Below, one piece after another: positions 18,454 through 25,969 of a DNA stretch of 44,762 nt (its first letter is position 1; each line of letters opens with the position of its first letter). Origin of the DNA: Dehalococcoidales bacterium (GTDB taxonomy: Bacteria; Chloroflexota; Dehalococcoidia; Dehalococcoidales; UBA3254); the NCBI GenBank assembly GCA_034429955.1, contig DAOUFH010000147.1, forward strand, positions 1-44,762. Reading direction: 5' to 3'. A program made the translations under genes and the position numbers. The notes under the pieces were generated by a model that saw nothing but the letters and a program-made list of their open reading frames with translations, was not told the origin of the DNA and searched no databases.

Positions 18454-20588
18454 AGAAAGCCAGAAAATTACGCTCTATAACGGCCATAACTCTATGGATT
18501 TATGTCTTCATGCTTATTCTCTGGCTGGCTTCAATGTTTTGTATCACCAATGCTGTGGCTCAAAACTATTATAGCGCTTTGCTGCAACAGAGTTATGATT
18601 TTTCAGAATATACAGCTATGGCCGGCCATCTGGACAATCTTTATGATAATAAGGAGATCAATGAGAAAAGTAAGACCGTACCCGGTTTTGTGGATTACTA
18701 TATGCTGGAAGCAATTAAGTCTGCCAACGGCACTTATTTGAATCAAAGCGGTCAGAGTAACAATGCTGTAAATGTGCTGCGAGGCGAATCGATTCCTCTG
18801 CAAACAGCTATAGTATTTTATGATAAAGACGGTAAGATTCTTCATCAGAGCGGCGATTTTGTTTACTTTAAATATGTCGGTGAGGATATCTGGCAGGCTG
18901 AAAAAGAAGAGTCTGAAACCAGCGGATACGGCTGGCTGGATTTGGGTGAAAAAAACAGAGAAAATGACCCCTATACTCTATTTAGGACTATGTATGGCGG
19001 TACCCGCAGTTTATATGATATACGAGCTTTGAAAATAACAGGGTTTCTGGATGGGGCTGAGATCAAACCTGTTAGTATGAGCTATGTGACTAAAACACTT
19101 ATTTATCAGGCTGTTGATAGTCTTCAAGACAGTGAAGATGGTGATACTCTTGTCACAGAAGATAGCGGTATTTTCAGCGTAATTTCAGATACTGATACGT
19201 CAAGTGTAAATTCATCCGAGGGTACATCTGAAACCTCTATTCAATATACCATCAGCAGTCTTGATCATGCCGGTCTGTTTGAATGGCAGCAGATGTTTGA
19301 TAATACGGCCGAGGTACAAAATCAGGATGAATTGATCACATTTTATGCACTCTATCCAGAGATCAATATTTATGATTCTGGTGGTAAAGTCGTATTATAT
19401 GGCCCTGAATATAAGAATTTGCTGACTGCTTTAAAGGACTTTGGTTATCCGCAATATTTGATTAACGGCTATTTGTATAATAGCTTGAAAAAAAATGAAC
19501 TCTCTGAAACAGTTCTATTCAGCTCCCGTACCTATAGGGACCTTTCAAATTACGACTATGATTCAGAGGATCCCATGCCTGATCCTGATTTTATTATGCT
19601 GACCGCTATTTCCAGTCATCCGCTGCATTCAGCTATGAGCCAATTGATATTAGTCTATCTGCAAACTTTATTGTTGGTAGTAATATCGGTTCTAATCCTA
19701 AAATTATTGATCGAGCGCAATTTGACCAAACCACTGGCCGAGGTTAATGCCGGCTTTGCCGATGATTGGTCTCTGGTCAGATATAAAGATGAAAAACCGT
19801 TGAAGTGGCGTGAGCCTTATGAACTTAACGATCACTATCATTCTACATTGGATAGATTGCGCATGGATAAAAATGAGATAACCCGTTTAAAAACAGCGCT
19901 GGATTATGCCGAAAAGGCTGAGCAAAACCGTCGTCAGATGACCTCCAATATCGCGCATGAGCTTAAAACACCGCTGGCTATTATCAGCGGTTACGCTGAA
20001 GGTTTGAAGGAACATATCGCGGATGATAAACGTGACCACTATCTTGAAGTTATTTTAACGGAGACAGAGCGTATGGATGCTATGGTTTTGGAGATGCTGG
20101 ATCTATCCCGTCTGGAGGCCGGTCAGGTTAAACTCGCGCGAGATGAATTCTCCCTGTCAAAATTGGTAAGTTCAGTATTTGATAAACTTGCTATTTCTGC
20201 ACAGGAAAAGAAGTTAAAGATTTCATTAGACTTTAAAACAGATGCTGTTATGCTGGCGGATGAAGCCAGAATTACACAAGTAGTCACTAATCTGGTGAAT
20301 AATGCTATTAAGTATACTCTGCCTGAGGGGAAAATAACGGTCAGGGTAGATAAAAACAGGGAAGGCTGCCGGTTCGCTATCGAAAATGAAAGCAGCCATT
20401 TTACCGCTGAACAACTGGCCAAAGTGTGGGATAGCTTTTATCGTACGGATAATTCACAGTCCGTAAAAGGAACCGGGCTTGGGTTGGCGATCGTCAGGAG
20501 TATAGTTGAACTGCACGGAGGAAGATGCAGTGTAAGAAATACCAATACAGGTGTTGAATTTGAATTTATAATTCCCGATTCTGTTTAA
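18450..20588 (+). CDS. Sensor histidine kinase with a large extracytoplasmic domain
   Basis: 4-bp overlap with the regulator gene. Two TM segments flank a roughly 370-aa domain. H-box SNIAHELKTPL, N-box NLVNNAIKYT, G-box GTGLGLAIV. Confidence 0.9.
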   Translation: MKKARKLRSITAITLWIYVFMLILWLASMFCITNAVAQNYYSALLQQSYDFSEYTAMAGHLDNLYDNKEINEKSKTVPGFVDYYMLEAIKSANGTYLNQSGQSNNAVNVLRGESIPLQTAIVFYDKDGKILHQSGDFVYFKYVGEDIWQAEKEESETSGYGWLDLGEKNRENDPYTLFRTMYGGTRSLYDIRALKITGFLDGAEIKPVSMSYVTKTLIYQAVDSLQDSEDGDTLVTEDSGIFSVISDTDTSSVNSSEGTSETSIQYTISSLDHAGLFEWQQMFDNTAEVQNQDELITFYALYPEINIYDSGGKVVLYGPEYKNLLTALKDFGYPQYLINGYLYNSLKKNELSETVLFSSRTYRDLSNYDYDSEDPMPDPDFIMLTAISSHPLHSAMSQLILVYLQTLLLVVISVLILKLLIERNLTKPLAEVNAGFADDWSLVRYKDEKPLKWREPYELNDHYHSTLDRLRMDKNEITRLKTALDYAEKAEQNRRQMTSNIAHELKTPLAIISGYAEGLKEHIADDKRDHYLEVILTETERMDAMVLEMLDLSRLEAGQVKLARDEFSLSKLVSSVFDKLAISAQEKKLKISLDFKTDAVMLADEARITQVVTNLVNNAIKYTLPEGKITVRVDKNREGCRFAIENESSHFTAEQLAKVWDSFYRTDNSQSVKGTGLGLAIVRSIVELHGGRCSVRNTNTGVEFEFIIPDSV

Positions 20589-20641
20589 CAATTTCATCTG
20601 ACGAAGCCTGATGAAAATTCCTTGTTATTAGTAAATGAAAT

Positions 20642-20683
20642 AATCCCTCGAGAGTTTAATCATCGAGGGATTATTATTTTTTC
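20642..20683. terminator. Bidirectional terminator between the kinase gene and argC
   Basis: aatccctcga-(11 nt)-tcgagggatt followed by attatttttt. Confidence 0.7.
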
Positions 20684-20703
20684 AATGACTGTATTTTGTG
20701 ATT

Positions 20704-21729
20704 TTAGGGATACATTCCCGGCATTGTCAGCCCGCAGTTCTCCGGCAGTCCCAGCATAATATTCATGTTCTGGATGCCTTGCCCGGCAGCGCCTTTGACC
20801 AGATTATCGATTACTGAAAGTGCGATCAATTTGTTAGTGCGGGAATCAATAGTCAGATAGATGTGGCAATAGTTGCTGCCCAGCACCTGTTTGGTGTGCG
20901 GCGGCTGGTCAACAATTTTAACAAAGGGTGAATCTGCATAAAACTCCGCATAGATATTACGGACAGCTTCTTTACCGGTTGTGTCATTCTTAAGATTGGC
21001 ATAACAAGTGCTTAATATACCGCGGTTCATCGGTATCAGGTGCGGCAGGAAGGTGACTTTGGGATTCCGTCCCTGGTTTAGCAGCCCCAGTTCCTGCACT
21101 ATTTCGGGCATCAGGCGGTGACCTTCCACGGAATAGGCGCAGACATCCTCATCCACTTCGCAGAAATGGCTGGTCAGCTTAAGGGTGCGGCCGGCTCCGG
21201 ATACGCCCGATTTGCTGTCCACGATGATGTCGTCTTCAATTATACCGGCTTGAACAGCCGGCGCCAGAGCCAGGATAGCTCCGGTGGAGTAACAGCCCGG
21301 ATTGGCTACCAGTTTGGCGGCGGCTATCTCTGTGCGGTGCAGTTCGGGAATGCCGTAAACGGCCTGAGCCAGCAGTCCGGTATCGGCGTGAACGTGTCCG
21401 TACCATTTCTGCCATTCGATGGGGTCCTTCAGCCGGAAATCACCGCTGATATCCACCACTTTCTTGCCGGCTTTGACCAGAGGGATTACTTCTGCGGCGC
21501 TTTCGCCGTGCGGCATGGCGGAAAAGACCAGATCGCAATCGCCCAGCTGAGAATCGATCGTCATATCCAGTCCGGCCAGGCTGGGAAAGACCTGCCCGAT
21601 TTTCTTGCCCGCAGCACTGCGCCCGGTTACAGACGTCAGCTGGACTTCGGGATGCTGGCTTAGAATACGGGCCAGTTCAATGCCGACATAGCCTGTCACA
21701 TTAATAATACCCACACCGGTCTTGCTCAT
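20704..21729 (-). CDS. argC: N-acetyl-gamma-glutamyl-phosphate reductase
   Basis: ..GVGIINVTGYVG.. Rossmann N-terminus and active-site ..NPGCYSTG.. Confidence 0.95.
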   Translation of the reverse strand: MSKTGVGIINVTGYVGIELARILSQHPEVQLTSVTGRSAAGKKIGQVFPSLAGLDMTIDSQLGDCDLVFSAMPHGESAAEVIPLVKAGKKVVDISGDFRLKDPIEWQKWYGHVHADTGLLAQAVYGIPELHRTEIAAAKLVANPGCYSTGAILALAPAVQAGIIEDDIIVDSKSGVSGAGRTLKLTSHFCEVDEDVCAYSVEGHRLMPEIVQELGLLNQGRNPKVTFLPHLIPMNRGILSTCYANLKNDTTGKEAVRNIYAEFYADSPFVKIVDQPPHTKQVLGSNYCHIYLTIDSRTNKLIALSVIDNLVKGAAGQGIQNMNIMLGLPENCGLTMPGMYP

Positions 21730-21866
21730 TTCTACGGACTCCTTGAATTTGATATCCTCATTTTAACACAATGAACAGGAGACCAGTGAGAGCGCCTACT
21801 ATACATTGATGAAAAATTTCAGAAAGGTTATATTGAATTAAGTCTATTCTGCTGTTGAGGTTATCA

Positions 21867-22874
21867 ATGACTGAAAGAACGAAAAAAGCAAAAACTATCA
21901 AGACCTCCAAAAGTCGTAAAACGTCTTCTAAAAAAGTAATCGGAAATTCAGTTGTCTTTGAATCGAATCTAAATCCTATAGAGTTTTATGTTTCTGAAAC
22001 TCAAACAAAATTCCAAACAGAAAAACCGTATACGGTTTTTTATGATGATCCTGATCATTCCGTGAGATTGATTCAGGGTGATTGTATCAAAATATTAAAT
22101 CAAGCTCGGACGGAATCAGTGGATATGATTTTTGCGGATCCGCCCTATTTTCTATCAAATGGTGGGATAACCTGTCATGCAGGGAAAATGGTATCGGTTA
22201 ATAAGGGGGAGTGGGATAAATCGAAAGGCACTCAGGAAAACCATGCTTTTATCATGGAGTGGTTAAAAGCTTGCAAACGTGTACTAAAGCCTAATGGGAC
22301 TATATGGGTTTCAGGAACAACGCATATCATATATTCGATTGGTTACGCTATGCAGGAATTGGATTTTAAGATTCTGAATGACATCGTCTGGTACAAGCGG
22401 AATGCGGCACCTAATCTTTCGTGTCGCTATTTCACTCATTCGACAGAGATTGTGTTATGGGCAGCTAAAGATAAAAATAGTCATCATTATTTCGATTATC
22501 CCAGTATGAAAGCGGAGAACAACGGGAAACAAATGAGAAATTTATGGGATATTGGGGAGATGGAGTCTGAAAAACAAACCGATAATGTATGGGAAATATC
22601 AACCCCCAAATCGGCTGAGAAAGTGTTCGGTAAACATCCAACTCAAAAACCTCTGGAATTATTGAGAAGAATTATCATAGCTTCAACTAAAGAAGGTGAT
22701 CTGGTACTGGATCCGTTTTGCGGCAGTTCGACAACAGGCGTTGAAGCGGTATTACTGAACAGAAAATATGTTGGCATGGACCTGGATGCCGAATATTTGG
22801 AGTTATCTAAAAAACGTTTGGAACAGGTAATCCAAAGATTATCATATCAAGTGAAGAAGGAATTGCCGGTTTAG
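21867..22874 (+). CDS. Beta-class N6-adenine (GATC) DNA methyltransferase, DpnA (M2.DpnII)-like
   Basis: SVDMIFADPPYFLSNGG...VSVNKGEWDK...LKPNGTIWVSGT...APNLSCRYFTHSTE...GKHPTQKP...DPFCGSSTTG is collinear with DpnA as I recall it. ATG 21867 follows GAGG. Confidence 0.88.
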   Translation: MTERTKKAKTIKTSKSRKTSSKKVIGNSVVFESNLNPIEFYVSETQTKFQTEKPYTVFYDDPDHSVRLIQGDCIKILNQARTESVDMIFADPPYFLSNGGITCHAGKMVSVNKGEWDKSKGTQENHAFIMEWLKACKRVLKPNGTIWVSGTTHIIYSIGYAMQELDFKILNDIVWYKRNAAPNLSCRYFTHSTEIVLWAAKDKNSHHYFDYPSMKAENNGKQMRNLWDIGEMESEKQTDNVWEISTPKSAEKVFGKHPTQKPLELLRRIIIASTKEGDLVLDPFCGSSTTGVEAVLLNRKYVGMDLDAEYLELSKKRLEQVIQRLSYQVKKELPV

Positions 22875-22890
22875 TTACAGGATAGATAAA

Positions 22891-23517
22891 TTGGAACGCA
22901 AAGAAGCACTGAAGAAAATTCAGCAGATTATTGGTCATGATCTGAGAATACTGGCCTGCCAGTATGAAATTACCGTCTTTAAGGAAGGGAAAAAGAATAA
23001 AGGCTGGGCGGGACATGTTATTGAAAGATATCTCGGTCTGCCTATGAATTCATCCAGATCGCCCAATTTTGGGTCTTGGGAATTAAAGACTATTTCGTTG
23101 AAACGTCTCTCCAACGGTATGTTTACTATTAAGGAAACTATGGCTATAACCATGATTGATGAATATCACGTTAGAAGAAATGATTTTGAACATAGTCACT
23201 TGTTAACAAAACTACAAAAACAAGTAATCGTAGCCAGAATCTGGAATAACCAACAGGAAAGCTCATCTGTTTTGTTCGGGGTAAAAGAATTTGATTTAAG
23301 TGATCCTGTTATATATAAACAAATTAAAGATGATTATGACTTGGTCAGGAACACCATAATTAATAACGGATACACAGCTTTATCCGGAAAAATGGGTGTA
23401 TTTATTCAACCGAGAACTAAAGGCCCGGGACATGGCAGTACATCAAGGGCCTTTTATGCAAGAACGTCGTTTCTTAAAAATTTACTGTTATTTGATACAG
23501 AATCCGCTACCTCTTAA
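22891..23517 (+). CDS. MutH/Sau3AI-family (GATC-specific PD-(D/E)XK) protein
   Basis: NKGWAGHVIERYLGL....SPNFGSWELKT parallels MutH KGWIGVLLEIWLGA...EQDFAALGVELKT. The size is MutH-like. The start is TTG. Confidence 0.7.
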   Translation: MERKEALKKIQQIIGHDLRILACQYEITVFKEGKKNKGWAGHVIERYLGLPMNSSRSPNFGSWELKTISLKRLSNGMFTIKETMAITMIDEYHVRRNDFEHSHLLTKLQKQVIVARIWNNQQESSSVLFGVKEFDLSDPVIYKQIKDDYDLVRNTIINNGYTALSGKMGVFIQPRTKGPGHGSTSRAFYARTSFLKNLLLFDTESATS

Positions 23518-23794
23518 GTAAATCTATTCGAGTATCTGCCTTATGCCATCCATAAGCATTTTTCTTCCTGAATAGTTCCAATCTCTGATATCTTGTTCAA
23601 TAAATAGCCACTTAATGATTTTCAGAACCAATGATATTACGCTTACCTACACCCATTTTCCAAAAGGTGCGGCTTCATAAGCTTTCGGGGGGCGGTTTCG
23701 GTGATTCTGGTATTGATACGAGAGAACCGTTATAGGGCTTCATCAAATGGCATAGGCAGAAAAGGCAGTTCTCTGATTGATTCAGGCTTTTTTC

Positions 23795-24199
23795 TCATAT
23801 CTTAACCCTTTTGAATACCTGTAATTCAATCGAACGAGGGATCTTACCGGTATTATTATAGTTTTCATAACCTCTGGGTGAAGTAAGTACAATTGAATCA
23901 TAGTCCATAGCAATAGCAATACGCATTATTTTAGCATCCAATGCGAAACGGTCTTTGACGCTTATATTTTGGCTGGATAGAGGTAAATTAAGGGTACGCA
24001 TAATGCTAGGTTCATCCCCGAACAAAGGATTTATGACGCTCACATCAAAGGGGATATCTATAGGTCTACCATAAAATTCAGCATCTCGATATGAGCTTGC
24101 GAAAAATACACCTCTAGCTTTTATTGCTTTTCGGTCTGGTAATGCGGTCCGCCACCATTTATGAGAATTGATATAGGATACAAGTTTTGCATTATTCAT
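23795..24199 (-). CDS. Hypothetical protein (134 aa), translationally coupled to the upstream zinc-ribbon ORF
   Basis: 8-nt ATGAATAA overlap with 24192-24629. I recognise no motif. Confidence 0.45.
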   Translation of the reverse strand: MNNAKLVSYINSHKWWRTALPDRKAIKARGVFFASSYRDAEFYGRPIDIPFDVSVINPLFGDEPSIMRTLNLPLSSQNISVKDRFALDAKIMRIAIAMDYDSIVLTSPRGYENYNNTGKIPRSIELQVFKRVKI

Positions 24200-24629
24200 T
24201 GGATATCAACCCCTTATAGGTTAATCTTCCAGTGCAATCGCATGGAGCATCGAAAGCCTGAGTCTTGGTAGCTTCTTTTAGTCGATGTTTCATAAACCAT
24301 GCGGTTTTCTGAGTGACACCGATATATTTCCCTAACTGGACTGAGGAAATCCCCTTTTTGTGAGTAGTAATGAGGTAAATAGCCATAAACCACTTTTGCA
24401 GGGTTATATGGCTATTTTCAAAAATTGTGCCAACCTTAATGCTGAATTTCTGTCTGCAATCACCGCATTTGTGAATCCGTTTATTTTTAAAATGATAAAT
24501 TCTGGTGCTACCACAATAAGGGCAAAACTGTTTCTCATGCCAGCGAACTTCGGTTAAGTAATCAATGTAAGATTGTTCATCGGGGAATCTTTTGAGCAAC
24601 TCAGCTAGAGATTCAAATTGGGGTAACAT
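24192..24629 (-). CDS. IS1595-family transposase N-terminal zinc-ribbon/HTH domain only (no DDE domain)
   Basis: ..RWHEKQFCPYCGSTR...HKCGDCRQKFSIKVGTIFENSHITLQKWFMAIYLI...ISSVQLGKYIGVTQKTAWFMKHRL.. matches the Zn_Tnp_IS1595 pattern. The ORF ends where the DDE core should begin. Confidence 0.7.
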   Translation of the reverse strand: MLPQFESLAELLKRFPDEQSYIDYLTEVRWHEKQFCPYCGSTRIYHFKNKRIHKCGDCRQKFSIKVGTIFENSHITLQKWFMAIYLITTHKKGISSVQLGKYIGVTQKTAWFMKHRLKEATKTQAFDAPCDCTGRLTYKGLISNE

Positions 24630-24805
24630 ACTTCATATTATTATTACAACAAGTGGGTCTGTCAAGTATATAATTACCAAAAATAATAGTATTTACATAT
24701 TCTGTGGTTTATACATGATATTGATAGCTGGATGAGCTTTCTTCTTTTTTGAGGTCATCCAAAATCGTACACTCCTAAAACTCATACTAGATATATAAGT
24801 TCTTG

Positions 24806-25717
24806 TTACTGTTGAATGATTTTTTCTAGAACTCCAGACCTCAACATATCTACATTGATAATATATTGAATGTATTCGGCTCCAACTTTTAGAGGGTTAT
24901 TCATAGATCTCCATCCTTGCCCATCTGTTAGCCAGACGAATTTCCACCCTGCGGAAGCTAAAACCTGACTCCTGTTTATATAAGAGGGTACAATCTCTGA
25001 AGGTTTTGATCCTGTACCTCCGAAAAAATTGACTTCAATATTAAGTCCCTTATTATCCTTAATAAGGAGGTTGTCTGCTATTTTTTCTTTTAGATCATTC
25101 GGAATATTTATTCCAAGATTTGCTTTTATATACTTAAATTTTTTCTGTTGAAATAATTGAATACTTGGATCTTCATTTATGATTTCATTTATTTTTTCCG
25201 TTACCATTTTTTCCAAGAAGAATCCACTTCGATTTTTCCGTGCATTAGAATCTAGCCCAACTTCCACACCTAACAAATAATCTAAAGGTGAATCCATAGA
25301 ACATAGTTCTTTTAATAAACCGGTTTTTTCTACAAATAATGTAATCTCTTCGATTTCGCTATTAGTGAAATTTTGTTTACTAAAATTGAAAACTTTGTAC
25401 TTGATACAGGGCTTGATTTTATCAAGGACCTGTATTAAGCCATCTCTGCAAGCTATAAGGATAGGAAATACCTTTACTACTTCTGGATATCTCTTAATTA
25501 ATTCCGAAAGATCTTTCTTGGGCGAATTACCCATTTTCAAACTGCTTAGCAGTGATAACTCATATTTGAATATATCTCGATTTTTGATTACCTTTTGCCA
25601 ATTTACGAAAAAATCATATGTGTGATTGGTGTCAATAAGAGAGTCACAAATTCTCTGACATAATTCTTCATCTGTATTAATATTTAAATATTTTTTGTAA
25701 AAACCTTTGTTTATCAT
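24806..25717 (-). CDS. Type II restriction endonuclease, DpnII/MboI family (GATC)
   Basis: ..YPEVVKVFPILIACRD.., GVEVGLDSNARKNRSG, EVNFFGGTGSKPSE and WLTDGQGW are collinear with DpnII (DpnB) as I recall it. Confidence 0.88.
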   Translation of the reverse strand: MINKGFYKKYLNINTDEELCQRICDSLIDTNHTYDFFVNWQKVIKNRDIFKYELSLLSSLKMGNSPKKDLSELIKRYPEVVKVFPILIACRDGLIQVLDKIKPCIKYKVFNFSKQNFTNSEIEEITLFVEKTGLLKELCSMDSPLDYLLGVEVGLDSNARKNRSGFFLEKMVTEKINEIINEDPSIQLFQQKKFKYIKANLGINIPNDLKEKIADNLLIKDNKGLNIEVNFFGGTGSKPSEIVPSYINRSQVLASAGWKFVWLTDGQGWRSMNNPLKVGAEYIQYIINVDMLRSGVLEKIIQQ

Positions 25718-25969
25718 AAAATATATCCTTTAAAATCAGTTGTACTGATTTTAATTTTATTAGCCGGTAATTACAAGCCTCATTAAGGATATTTATAATA
25801 GCATAACAGAGGTTAGATCTGTGAATCATCATAACTGTCATAAACTTCACATTGAAAAGCTAAAGGTGTAATATTGTGATAGTCCCCTCATGGATATTTT
25901 AGCTTTGGCTGAAGTATTTGTGAAACGTGAATACAGATTCAAAAATGCTGACAAGGAGCTTGGAGACAC

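Larger units (their letters stand above)
21855..25900. other. AT-rich accessory (defence) island between argC and the molybdopterin enzyme gene
   Basis: The sequence is visibly more AT-rich than both flanks. Content is R-M genes plus an IS1595 fragment. Boundaries are approximate and I found no flanking direct repeats. Confidence 0.55.

Noticed and set aside
23518-23794. Possible transposase or integrase remnant in the spacer between the MutH-like gene and the 134-aa ORF
   Set aside because: All six translated frames are broken by stops. No frame showed a motif that I could assign to a recombinase family.
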